Below are positions 50,941 through 64,000 of a DNA stretch of 64,000 bases, one piece after another. A program made the translations under genes and the position numbers. Location of the stretch: NCBI RefSeq assembly GCF_001194135.2, contig NC_069000.1, positions 9,361,843-9,425,842 of the forward strand, in the 5' to 3' direction. The stretch is from Octopus bimaculoides (taxonomy: Eukaryota). A model generated the notes under the pieces. It made no database searches. It was not told the origin of the DNA and saw only the letters and a list, made by a program, of their open reading frames with translations. Each line of letters opens with the position of its first letter. The stretch's first letter is position 1.

Positions 50941-53429
50941 AATGAATAACATAGAGAAGTAGGACACAGAAGAATAAAACAAAAATAACAATAACAATAC
51001 TCACAGATGAGTAAATATGAAAAGAAGCAATTTATCAAGCAATATCAGTTTATAATTCACTAATAACCTGGTCAAATATGTTGAACCATCAACAGCTGTC
51101 AACCAACTTATTTATCCCAAAGTTTACATTATACAGCTGACAAATTTTGTAGAAGAGATGACAATACTGCAAACTGAGCATGAAGTGGCTTAGCAAAATG
51201 GATAATATTGTAAGATTGTTAAAGGCCAAAAATAGAGAAACTAATTTATTCTACTAAAATTATTATTCAGCTTTAATCTAAAGCATATGTATTAAAGAAA
51301 TAGAAACAAAAAAAAAAGATATTTTAAAGAAACTTATGAAATAAAATTCTTACAATAAATAAACACAAAATTAAATTTAAACATTTATTTGTGTTATCTG
51401 TAACATTTTATTAAAGGAGATTTTCAAACTCTCATCATTATTCAAGATAAATGTGCCTTAAAAGTTGACAACCATGAAAAATTTCAAGAAGATTGATAAA
51501 AATGTGAAGATATATATTAATGATTCATCTTACTTTCAAAACAAGACAGAATTAAAAAAAAAAAAAAAGAAGATAAGCTTTCAAGATCCTAACATGCCAC
51601 AAACTCATTATACCCCTACAATCAATACAACACCGAGAATAAAGAATTTTGAAATAAATGTGCTTGTTATAAAACATTTCTTTTAAGACAGATAGGCCTA
51701 GCTTACTCCATAGCCTCAGATATCTTAGTAACATACCAGAACACAATTATCATTCTAAATCCCTGTCTGCAATTTAGCCTAGAAAACTTTACAATGTAAA
51801 CACTGGAATAGCTTTCATATTAATTCTAGCTCATTGCTCAACCTCAATGCTTGGTTACCAGTCTCACTGATAAATCCCTATATAATCATTGCTTAGCAAC
51901 TAGTTCCATCATGACCCCTTTGATTATAGAAGTGATGAAAGAATATTAAAACAGTAGCTTGTTGAGCAAACCATGAGTGTCATACTTTACCCCACACAAT
52001 GAAATAATCAAATAATAGAGAATGCAGTATGGCACAGAACAAAATTAAAACATAGAATATCTTTTAGTTGGATCTTTTGTTCACTCATAAATATTAATTA
52101 CTCTCATAACATAAGTCTGCTCAAGCAGAACTGACTTCAGCTACTTGACAAAATTCACAAAACATGTATGTGTACTGTTGCTGCTTGAATATAGCCAGAT
52201 GTCTGAGATAAATTATTATTAGTATTGATGGAGAAATACTTTGGACTGTTAATGTCACCCCACTATGTTCCAAACAATTTGGCACCAATTCACCAGATCT
52301 GTCATGTCTATTGCACTAGATTCAAACTCATCAACTTTTATTTTAAATGTTGGAACTCAGCATGAAATATATATCAATGACATAGACACCAAACCATTCA
52401 ACACACACTCAACCAGAACAGAACAAACAGAGTGAACATTAAAAAACTCCATTAGTAACAATGTTTTGACTTTTATGTTTACCTCAAGCATTTAGATATG
52501 CATATAAATGCATAATTACTCCAATTTATGTAAACTTTTGTAATAAAAAATAAATCAAGCCTGTATAAAAGAACCTCTATATGTAATAGAGAAAAATCAG
52601 AAGTACATATCAATTTGGAATTTTAAATCACAAAGAAAAAAAAATAACTGAAAGTTGTTTGCAAAAGTAACAATATAGAAACAGCTTGACAGTATCATTT
52701 CCATGTGTATCCATTCAAGGATGTTACTTTGCATATTAAATAAATTGTTTAGTGGGTTGAGTAGGTCTCTTTTTAGCTAGTGAAATTCATAAAAGCAAAT
52801 CAAAAATAAAATCTCTTCAATGGACACAATATGGCAAGAAAGACCCTGCTGTTGATTTTATAAATGAAACTTACTGTGTTTTCAACAAAGCTTACTAAAT
52901 AGTATTTCACACATGTGAAGAGATTATTTTCAGATGTCAGGGATTTTCACGATAGACCCAATTTAATATTAAAAATAAATAAGTAAAAATAAAATAAAAA
53001 ATGAAAACAACATTAATATAGTTTTTCTAGCCATAAAAAATGAATTGATTTTCTGAATGTAGTTCTTATAGTAGTTGTGGGTGATACAATAAATATAACT
53101 AGATGGAATGAGAGAGTAAAAGAGTGAAGACTATTCAAGAATGGAAACTGGACTAGATAAAAATTTCCTCACTCCATTGAATATTTGAAAATAGAGCCTT
53201 GTTTAAAGAGTATAGCACTATCTATTTTTGAGTCTTACATTCCATCAAATCAGCTACTTTTAATAATGCTCTATAATAGTACACTTTACATGGTATCAAG
53301 CAAGGTTAGATGTACTTGAAAATGAACTTTTCATTTTCAAGCCAGTTTTTCTATTAATTCACCATTCTGAATGAATTTTCATATAGTTGTTTGTTTTTGC
53401 TTTCAATTTCTGTCACATATATTCAACAG

Positions 53430-53453
53430 CAGGCTTATTTCAAACTACAATTG
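53430..53453 (+). other. Candidate 24/21-nt microexon with NAGNAG acceptor
   Basis: gttgtttgtttttgctttcaatttctgtcacatatattcaacag|CAG|GCTTATTTCAAACTACAATTG|gtaagta. Confidence 0.25.
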
Positions 53454-54447
53454 GTAAGTAAATGTATGTTTATCTATAATCTGCCTGTAACAATAATTTA
53501 TTCAGAACTAAAAACAAAAGGGAAAAATACTAAGCTAAATATCAAATGTCACTAAAATGGCAATGATGACAAATGCACCTAATGAAATGCATGAATATTG
53601 ATGAAACATTATGGTAAGGAGGATAGCTTATAAAAGCAAAAACATTTAAAAAATCTTGATAAATATATCATGTTCAGATAAATCTAACATTGAAGCTTTC
53701 AAATCTAAACACAATATATTGATTAGCATATGGACTGAACATCAGAATTCAGAGAATATTAACCTTGTTCATTTTACAGATTCACTGTTGCCAGAAGGTA
53801 ATTTTTATACCATTAATATGTCTACCAAATTATACAAGTGACCTGTAAATGAACCTACGTTATCTTTGCTATCTCATAATGGTTAGTCATTTAAGTCACG
53901 AGGGAATTTTAAAAAACTTTTTTTGCCTATCTGTGCAAGTGTACTTCATATTTGAGTGATAAACATTGTTAAATCACATATGTTACAAATTTTACTACAT
54001 TATACCACATTTTAAATTCATTTGTTTCAATAAGTTATATTTCAGAATGGTTTCTTTCACATATGACAACAGATGTTTCAGTGCTTTCCTTCACATTTTG
54101 AAATAGTTGTAAATGTTTAAAAANNNNNNNNNNNNNNNNNNNNNNNNNNNNNNNNNNNNNNNNNNNNNNNNNNNNNNNNNNNNNNNNNNNNNNNNNNNNN
54201 NNNNNNNNNNNNNNNNNNNNNNNNNNNNNNNNNNNNNNNNNNNNNNNNNNNNNNNNNNNNNNNNNNNNNNNNNNNNNNNNNNNNNNNNNNNNNNNNNNNN
54301 NNNNNNNNNNNNNNNNNNNNNNNNNNNNNNNNNNNNNNNNNNNNNNNNNNNNNNNNNNNNNNNNNNNNNNNNNNNNNNNNNNNNNNNNNNNNNNNNNNNN
54401 NNNNNNNNNNNNNNNNNNNNNNNNNNNNNNNNNNNNNNNNNNNNNNN

Positions 54448-54482
54448 ATATATATATATATATATATCATATTATATTATAT

Positions 54483-54548
<66 letters not shown>
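54448..54548. repeat. (TA)n...(GT)n microsatellite after the largest N-gap
   Basis: Directly visible. Confidence 0.95.
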
Positions 54549-54549
<1 letters not shown>

Positions 54550-55020
54550 CAAAGCCTATAAGGAACAATTGGAATTGGCATAATCTTCAAAAGTTATATG
54601 GTGAGTTAGAACCCAATCCTTATCTAATTACATGCAACACATTTCTTAACCCTTTTGAAACACAGTGTTCTGGTATGTGTAGCCAAAAAGACCAAAATGT
54701 TTTTTCAGATGAGGTTGAAAATGATGGGTGTATGTAGAAAACAAAGTATAAAGTGCCTGAAACTGCTTTATTAGTATGCAAAACTATATATATTATATAG
54801 TTTTATATTATATCTACTGAAAGACAATTGCTGATTAGCTATTGCACTTCAAAACGTTTGTTTCGTCGGCCGATGGATTAGCCTCAAAGTCTTTTCAGCT
54901 GTATCACTTGAGCCAATCAATTGGCCCGGGTGTCCCAAGAATGTTAAAATATTAGAATTTGCTCTCAGACATAAGCTACTATAGAAATAATTAAATACTG
55001 GTGTTAATCTTAATACAAAG

Positions 55021-55172
55021 ATCATCATCATCATCGTTTAACATCCACTTTCCATGCAAGCATAGGTTGGACGATTTGACTGAGGACTGGTGAAACCGGA
55101 TGGCAACACCAGCCTCCAATCTGATTTGGCAGAGTTTCTACAGCTGAATGCCCTTCCTAACGCCAACCAGTC
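55021..55172 (-). mobile_element. Young RTE-type 3' end with (GAT)n tail
   Basis: Revcomp tggcgttaggaagggcattcagctgtagaaactctgcc...gtggatgttaaacgatgatgat. Confidence 0.85.
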
Positions 55173-56549
55173 AGATGATTTTACAAAAATATGCTCATGT
55201 TATATGTTATATCTAATTATGATTAATATAAATAAAATTAGGGGAAGCAGTGACAAGTAGAAGTTATAATGCTGTTCTTCCTTATAAAAAACAAATGTAC
55301 ACAGACGGATGGGTGGATGGATGGATGGATCCAACATTGAAGGAAGACTAACAGGGAAGTAGAAATTACATTAGAGTGATGAAATGAGTTGTACCCAATG
55401 CAAAATAGGTAATCCTCAAATAACATTACCAACAGTACATTAGCAGTAACAAAATATTTAAATATTGCTTGGAAGCAATATAGAAAAGAATATATGCTGT
55501 AAAGAATTATTGACGTTTTAAGTAAGTTTGATAATGATATGTTAGTATATTACTATCAGAGTTTTATTTTTGTTTGTATTACATTTTTCATTTACAATAT
55601 CTGGGTTTTTACAGAAAAGAAAAAAAAATCATTATGGCTTTTAGTTAGGCTTAAACAAACATGATAAAAGTTGCATTTAAAAATTGTTGTTTTCTTTTAA
55701 AAGTTATCCTTAAAATGTTTGCACTTAGTTTTTTTTTTTTTTATATACATAACAACATAAAGAAGTCATTAACAGGCATTCATAAACAAATTTTTTTAAT
55801 ATCTTATGATTTTTAAAACAAATAATATCAGAAATTTCCTGTCTTTTTCTTATAAGTACAACAGTATTTCACTGATGTTCAGTGAGGAAGCTATTCTGAA
55901 TTTCACCTTGAATAGTTAAAGTGTGAAGATTTTAATATTATAGCAGGTGGTACTAACTGTCACCTCATCACTTCAAGCAGATGTTAATTGTTTGTTGATA
56001 TACTAAAAAAAGAAAAAAAAAATTTAAGCACCACCAAGGCATCATTTGTATTCCATTGACCAAGTTCATAGAATGGAACAGTACTGTATGTTATTCTATT
56101 TAGGTTTGATAGACTATTTGTAGAATATCATTAGCTAAATTATTAATTTCGCCCATGAAAGAGGCAGCTGTCAAGAAAGGATAAAGGAAGTACATCCTTT
56201 CAGAAACAATAAGGGTCAAAAAGGCAAGTAGATAAAAAAACAAGTCTCTTCCAAAGAAAGGCCTGCTACCTACTCTCCAGCCAGGCAAACCAAGGTAACA
56301 GAATTCAGTGCTCTGCCCAGAGAACCAATGAATGGATATGAAGTCTTAACTGATAAATTGATGGAGTTATTTAAAATGTACAAAAGACCAGTACTTTTCA
56401 CACATTTTAAATTATCCTCTCCTTTCTTTTATCAACACTTTTCCTCAATAACTTAGATTGGTTTAGGCCAAGACTATAACTCAATAGCACCACCTGAAAA
56501 TACACCAGAAAAAATTGCTGCCTACAGGCTGATCACCATCAAAAGACTA

Positions 56550-56690
56550 TTGGGAATAACATTCCAACCACAAATATTACCAGACAATCTGCATAAAAAT
56601 TGAAAATATTTGTGAAAATTAAGGCAGTTAAAAACTGCATATTTATAGCTCCCACTTACTGCTACCCTTGTCCCCACTAATAAAATCTTC
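56550..56690 (-). mobile_element. Possible very old CR1-like RT remnant
   Basis: Minus-strand DFISG.. / RVAVSGS and FYADCLVIF resemble FLSGRxQRVxVNG and YADDLVIF motifs; heavily decayed. Confidence 0.3.
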
Positions 56691-58760
56691 CCTCACCCTC
56701 AAGGAGTTGGAACTATCTAGTTTGAGAAGCACTGATATATACACTATTAACCTCCTCTTTTATTTTGATTCCGCCATTCACTTTTTATTTTCAGATCCTA
56801 AATTTCAACATACTTACAGAACTCTAAGTTAAGTTCAGATTTAGAAACTATTTATAACACAAGGTTCAATGTCACAACCGTAGAATATTATTAACACAAT
56901 GGTTAAGAACATTGAAATTTTTTGTCAGAAATAAATGAAAAGAAAATAGTAAAGCTGAGTGATTCAACATATATAATACTGCCATATTTTTCATTATCTT
57001 GGATTTAAGCAGATACCAGAGAGTATTTGCTTATCACTCTGTTCCTTCTCTCATATAGTTACCACAAATAATGAGACAACTTCTTTCCTTTTCTTTTTGT
57101 CAATAAATTTCATAGAAATATTGGCAGTGGTACTAGTGTTGGTGGTGGTGGCTTTGGAGATTATCGCAACAGCTACATCTGTTACAGCTTTTGTTGTTGA
57201 TGACATTGTGAGACAGCTTCAGTTATTTATGCTTCTTAGTGCAGTAGCCAAATGAAAGTCTGAGAGTAATCCATTGGTTTGGCAACCTAGATATGCCACA
57301 CTTCAGTCTAACCTCAGACCACATTACAAAATATGCCATTAAGATGTTCTCTCATGGAATGTATTCTTAGATTCTCTAATTATGGATTTTGAATGGCAGC
57401 AATGTTTTGGCGAAAACAGTATTTTATACGAAAGTTTCCAGTGATATGTCAGGAAACTGTGACAGAAATAGCCATGCAGGTTATATGGAAACAGATTGAG
57501 AGACAAGAAGACAGTTAAAGAAAGAAAAGTTGAAACCAACAGTGAGACAACTAGGGAGATATATAGATGGAGCTAATCAGAAATGGTGAAATAGACAGAA
57601 TGACAGAGAGATGATTTAGAGAACTGACAGGCACATTCTCTCAGAAACAATATTAATGATTGAGGATGTTACACAAGCCAAGTCCAGAATGAGACTGCTT
57701 GATCAATTAGATTCAGTGAAATTTGGAAACATCCTCTATATTCATAAGCCCATCATACAGGTGCCTATATACAGTAAGACAAAAAGCTAGTTCATAGGGC
57801 TTAGACAGTTGTTGAAAGCAAATCTAAAACTGAGTCTAAAGGGGAAAAAATCAAGTTTCAAAATCTAACAAACCTAACAGCATTATTAAAAGGTAAAAAA
57901 GATATTCAAACAATCCATCAACAAGGAAAAATAAAAGACAAAGAATAAAACATGTAGGTCAAAGAAATATACTGCAATGATAATTTAAAGATATTTTTTT
58001 TTAATATGCTACAATTATTTTGATTAAATTACTGAAATCAATTTCTCACACTAGTTTGCAAATCTCTCCTAGAAATAATGATATCAGGCAATTCAAAAGA
58101 AATAAGGAGGTTAAAGCTATGAGATAATGATGAACAACCAAACTTTTCGTGTACTCTTTAGCCAATGTAATAAAAAGAAGCCAGTTCTCCTTGAGCAGAA
58201 GCAATTTAACTAGCAGAATCTTCATGAAGCAGCCAGATAATGCATCTTGTCATGGTTCCAGACTTATTAAATCAGGCATTTTTTCTTTTTTTTATAGAGA
58301 AACGATTCTTATTTGACTTTATTATTCCCAAGACCTTTACCCCATTCAAGATCATTAGAATGAATGGAAAGAATGAATCAATAGATATTATAAAAATGTG
58401 GCAGAGTAGTGAAGGAGAAAAAAATGTGATATTAATGATACAACCAAGGATGGGAATCATGTAAAAAAAAGAATACTATTTGGCAAACATTCCATTAATT
58501 TTGTGAACAAATATTAAAATACTCAAAGAAAAGTTTTTAGCAAAATATCTCTTAATATAATGAAATGATCTTTCACAAATTGTATTTTTTTTAAAGCTGT
58601 TCTATGTTCTTAAATTTAATGAATTTGAAAATCAATAAAAAATTTTTATCAAAAGATCACTATATATATTGCCCTACTGGCGGTTTTCCACTAGTCATTA
58701 TAAGGATGTGTGTACGTGCGCGTGCACATGTGTGTGTGTGTGTATGTGTGTTGTGTGTAA

Positions 58761-58990
58761 GCATGTGTTTTAGCAGTTAAGGTGTTGAACTCATGATTGT
58801 AAGATTGTGGTTTCAATTCTTGAACCAGGTGACATGTTTACCTGAACAAGGCACTTCATTCCACATTGCTCCATTCCACATTGCTCCATTCCACTCAGCT
58901 GACAAAAATGAGTAATCCTACAACAGATTGGTATCACATCCAAAGGGGAATATATGCACCACCAAAACTGGGAAACTTGCCCTATGAGTC
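58761..58990 (+). mobile_element. tRNA-derived SINE with V/CORE-like body and an internal 15-bp tandem duplication
   Basis: gcagttaaggtgttgaactc...ggtttcaattc...gaacaaggcacttcatt; CATTCCACATTGCTC x2 at 58857-58886. Confidence 0.7.
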
Positions 58991-59050
58991 TATATATGAC
59001 TTGGGTAGGGTCTTTATCCTTCTATATATATATAAATGGCTTCAAATTTT

Positions 59051-59139
59051 GGCAGAATTTGAACTCAGAACATGAAAACGAGATGAAATGCCACTAAGAA
59101 TTTTGTCTGGCATGCTAACAATTCTCCTGATTCACTACC

Positions 59140-59198
<59 letters not shown>
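59051..59198 (-). mobile_element. Family B SINE 5' part next to an (AAT)n microsatellite (59141-59198)
   Basis: ggcagaatttgaactcagaac...gcatgctaacaattct. Confidence 0.7.
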
Positions 59199-59200
<2 letters not shown>

Positions 59201-60313
59201 ACATACACCCACTTAACTGTCATATTTTATAATTCTTCATGTCCCATGTTACATGGAAGTTATTTATTATGTATTGCATGCAGTCAATAGAAGAGAGAAG
59301 CTTAATGAGATTTAAGAATAAAAAAAACTTTCTATGTGCCAACCCCAAACAAGAAAGAGAATGTCTTAACAATAAATTAACCCCATGATATTGATTAAAA
59401 GCAAGCAAATGAAAGAAGTAATAAAGACCTATTTTCTAAAATTCTATTGATGTTTAATACAAAGAACATCATTAGTATCTCGAGAATCTACTCAAGTTTT
59501 AGTCTGGAGATCTCTACTACATACATCTATTGTATCACCAAAGTGAGATATGATAGTATATTTAGACATGACTGAAATTATTTGATCAATTCTGAGTTAC
59601 TATAATGAAACATAAATCTTGTAGACAATAGATTTTCACTGTAAACATGCACAGTGTAATTGTAGTGTGATTTCATAAAAACCACATTCAAAACAAAAGA
59701 ACTTAAGGCAAATAAACTATATTATTTTTCATAATATCAGAAAGGCTGTACGGCTTAGTTAAACAGCCTGTCAATACATTAGACCAGCATTTTATATATT
59801 ACACTAAATGTGTGAGTGAAATTGCATACAATTGGTTTAATTAAATTTAATAAAAATATTTCGATAAAGAGTCTTACAATAAAATCTCTAATATATTATA
59901 ACTAAATTACATTATTCATGAAACAATGGCACCATAAATAGTCAGAAAGTAGAATACAAAAGAGTCAGTCCCCAGGTTATGAAATCACAAGTAAAAATAG
60001 TACTCTTGACAATTTACCCCTTAATGCATTTAAATGACATTATAGACCAATGTACAGAATTTCTAATGTTTAAAATGTTCTTGACTGCACACCCTCCCAT
60101 ACACACACACCATTATTTGTTGCAATTGACTCTACCACTTGTGTCAGACGTAGGGTAAGCAAATACATATCAATCAGCAAAATAACTGGTTACATTTCAC
60201 TCAGCAAAATAATTACTTTGACTAAAATTTCAATTTTTGTTTTAACTTTCACTATATGATTTATGTTCAGAGAAAGGAGGGCTTTATGTATGTTACTAAT
60301 GTCATCAAGGTAC

Positions 60314-60350
<37 letters not shown>

Positions 60351-61992
60351 AAAAAGTACTTATGATACTGACTTCAAAATCTGAGAACTGCAATGATTAA
60401 AACACACTATCTCCAACATATCTCATTAAAGGCATACCACATAACAGATAATGAATTAGAGAAAGAGAAGTGATAAAAATATTAATTACAATCCAATAAG
60501 TTTATTTGTTTCCCATGATGTTAAAGGCATTATCAAGTCAAACACCATATTTATTTACAAATAAGTTTAACCTTTTTAGTTATACACACTACTTATTCAC
60601 ATAAATTCGGTGCAATTTTATTATATAGTTATTTTGAACCAAAGAGCCTAATGACATGAAGAGGCAAATTTTAAAGACATTATGATCTTAAGTCATTAGG
60701 TTAATTGACAGCACTCATAATTCAGTCTACTGAGTTGAAAATATGAAATGTATGTGATTAAAAAAACTATATTCCCTATTGGATATAACTGGTAAATAAA
60801 ATATTATTTCAACTTAAGACAACTCTGCTTGAAAACACTTACTTAGGAATTCTTGCAAATTTCTGAATCTTGAACTGCAAGCCTGTTTTCATATTAAGCA
60901 AGCAACAAATGTAAATATTGTAATCATAATCCTTATTTTAAAACTACTTTCTCCTACTGGTATAGCTTGGCCAATATTTTTAATACACTATCTCACCATG
61001 TCTCTTTAGTATGTTTCACATTATTTCAGAAGACCAAAACATTCTCTTATTTAACTTTTTCACTTTTCTCCAAACTTCTTTATCAAATTCTGTCATGGCT
61101 ATCTATCCCTGAAGTACAAGCAACCAAATCTTCCTCAAACTTATCCTACCAGCTTAAAAAAAGATGAAAATATTAGATTTTTTTTAATAAGATAGTTAGA
61201 AGCAAAGAAAGATTTACACATTTTCTTTGCAGGCCTTAAACAGTTGAGATTTATATAGTTATATTCAGCTTGAGTATCTGTAGGTCAATGTCTATAGAAA
61301 ATGTGGGTTGGGAAGGAATTCTAGAGGGTTACAGTTCTGAGGAAGAAAGATTGGTAAAATGACTAATCTGGAGTTTGAGTGATGAAACTTAAAATAGTGA
61401 TGATGGGTGACTCTAACTGGATAAGGCATGCAAGTGACAAAGCAATTAGAAAATGCTCCAATATTGAAGCAACTATTCATTTAGATTTAGTTTTCAAGAT
61501 TTTCTACACAAGAAAAGATAAGTCAAGTGTTAAGATCCTTAAGCAAGGATTGACTGAAGTGTCAACAAATGCAAGCTTCAGGTAAACATATTTTATTGAC
61601 TCAGAAATGTTTATCTGTAACAATTCTATTGCTAACTGCTTAACAGCTGATAATGTTTGAGCTGACTTATTTGGATACCCAATAATAAACACCAACTTTT
61701 CATCAAAGTGACTTATAATAATAATAATAACAACAATAACAATAATTAACAAAACATCACATGCTTTTGCTCTTGATTCTGAACACTTACATAATATAAC
61801 CTTGCAGAAGGAAAAAAGTATCTGAGAAAAATAATAAAATATAATTTCTTTTCCATTTATACCTCCAGGAGTGAATATATTTAACAATAAACAGAACCCT
61901 GTAAAGAAAACAGTCATTAGATTGCTCTTTAATTAATTATTGCAGCTTTAATTGGTTTCGGACATCCAGATATTGACTATTTTGTTGTGACA

Positions 61993-62023
<31 letters not shown>

Positions 62024-62182
62024 CACATGCACGCACGCACACACACACACACACACATATATAGATATGCAGTGAATGTTTGGCTGTACAAATGGAAGCA
62101 GGGGTATTCAATATATGTAGTAAAGTTTATTTTATTCTTTTGATGCTGTCACAATTTGTTTTTCATTATATGATAAACCACT

Positions 62183-62343
62183 GAGAGACCTTCTATGTAG
62201 TTGCTCAGCCTACTAGAAATACTAACCAAATATCCCCTCAAATTACACCCTACCTTCTCACAAAAAAGAAGAAAAAATACAAGATAGTCATGATGGAACC
62301 TCGTTGATCATGGGTCCCGGCTAAACAACACAAAAACAACAAT
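62183..62343 (+). mobile_element. Family D repeat copy
   Basis: ctagaaatactaaccaaatatcccctcaaattacacccta...ggctaaacaacac. Confidence 0.65.
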
Positions 62344-63091
62344 ATATGAAGTGAAAAGTCTTAAGTAATACTCCAATATTTTCTTCATATAAGAAACAAT
62401 GACAATACAAAACAACTGCATCCACGAACAAACTAGTTCGGTATTCCTACTTATTTATTAATAATGATAAGCACTTACTAAGGGATAATGCCACCTGTAT
62501 ATGTTTTGCTTGGAGGCATGATAGAAAATCCTTGATGACCAGTTCATTAATACTCTAGAAGAAACTCAAACTTCAACACCCAAGTTGAGAGGGGAATGTT
62601 TTGTCATATACATAAATGTTACAATGTACAGGTTTTCTATTAATATTATGAAATCATTTTGTTAACTCACAAAGAGTAATTGAAAATACATTTAACGCAT
62701 CAGCAACATATTAAATATGTCTATATACATTCTTCTTCAGTAACCTACTTTCGTTTTTTTTTTTACCTTGTTTAGTCTTTAGCAACAAAATGTCAAGAAA
62801 AGCATAAAGAAAACTCAACCAAATATAAGAGATTTATTTAGTTACTGAATCAATACACTTACCACATAATAGGTGTATCATGACAATAGCTAAAACTGCA
62901 AATTATATGCATATTTCAAATAAAACTGAGATTAATTATAATTGTTTATCTTACTATCTTTGTTATATATACATATTTTATTATATTCTGCACCTCACAT
63001 ACAAAATAAGATCCAATAAACACATTGTTTTTTTTTTGTGTGTGTGTGTGTGTGGTGGGGTGTGTGGATAAAAATAATGGATACTTCTTAC

Positions 63092-63147
63092 CTCAAAGGA
63101 TTCATTTATTAGTTGAACACAAAACAATTGAAAAGTATTTCTTACCT
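63092..63147 (-). other. Candidate recursive splice site (AG|GTAAGA) with a 54-nt cryptic or real exon
   Basis: ttttcatttttctttctattaaatttctag|GTAAGAAA...CCTTTGAG|GTAAGAAG. Confidence 0.35.
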
Positions 63148-63224
63148 AGAAATTTAATAGAAAGAAAAATGAAAACCATTAATTTAGCTTAAACACACAG
63201 ACACATACGAACTCATATATATCA

Positions 63225-63310
63225 CCATCACTCAATGTCACTTTTTCCATGCTAGCATGGGCTGAACGGTTTGACAAGAACAGACAAGCTAGAGGGCTCT
63301 GCCAGGTTCT
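63225..63310 (-). mobile_element. RTE-type 3' fragment
   Basis: tttttccatgctagcatgggctgaacggtttgac motif. Confidence 0.55.
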
Positions 63311-64000
63311 ATGCCTACACACACACATGTCATAACTTTTTGTATGAAAGTATGCAACCTGAAAAACCTGTCATTGGTCTTGTATTAATTCTATGAACAG
63401 AGACCTTAAAAACACCTTATGGAAACATTACAATTTATTCTCCTTTTGTAATAACACCACCAAACCGCCTGAGGCCAACTTTGGTTCAATGACATAAACT
63501 TCTTGTTTTAAAGTGATCGAAATTAAAACATTCCCTCAAAATCTCTTAATAATTTATCTATACTTCAGCTTAATTGCAGCAATGTTATTTTGCTAAGTTC
63601 TTGATTCTTTTCAAATTTAATTGAAATAAAAGTAATGTATTTCAACAGAAATATGGTAACAAAAGAGTTAAATATCAAGGTAACAGTCATGTGCTGCATC
63701 TCATTTGCACACAAATGACACACAACTAAATTCCACAAAATTTGGTGCAAATACCAGGCCTAACAGTTGGTGATGGTGTTTTATGATGACCACATATCAA
63801 TAACATTGTACATTTTTTTAAAAACAACTAGCAGCATCCTAATTACTAGGCTTCCCTCTTCAGAGCTAGACATTTCTTGTACCTTGATTACATACTACCT
63901 GATCCCCTGTCCCCTGCACTAACACATAATACAAGCATTGCCAGCCATCCCTGGCTGAAGACTACTTCTGGGCATGAAACATTAGTAACAATACATAGCT

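Noticed and set aside
61379-61585. ORF LKIVMMGDSN... resembling a Rab P-loop or SGNH motif
   Set aside because: Lacks GKT/S and the downstream motifs; short, with no convincing splice support.

Overview
AT-rich, microsatellite-dense eukaryotic genomic DNA. The SINE/LINE families and repeat load point to a coleoid cephalopod, most likely an Octopus draft assembly (inferred from recalled repeat families, not searched). There are eight N-gaps (11362-11468, 22513-22636, 27569-27762, 32620-32782, 36372-36381, 47414-47424, 48020-48086, 54124-54447), nearly all next to microsatellites. Only one coding region is well supported: a 2.58-kb uninterrupted minus-strand ORF (15112-17691, 859 aa) encoding an acidic, mostly disordered protein. 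It has an MGC dual-acylation N-terminus, a ULK1-type LIR (EEDFVMV), three helices fitting the AKAP/PKA-docking consensus, two blocks of 11-mer amphipathic repeats (one containing synuclein-like KVKEGV), four ETSVD repeats and an acidic LPPPPPP EVH1-type ligand. A 5' splice site three codons before the stop suggests the ORF may be a giant first exon of a longer gene. The rest looks intronic/intergenic: CR1-like and RTE LINE remnants, several tRNA-SINE families, two piggyBac-type and two hAT-type MITEs, plus unverified splice-signal candidates (microexons, one recursive-splice-like site). There are no real tRNA, rRNA or CRISPR features.
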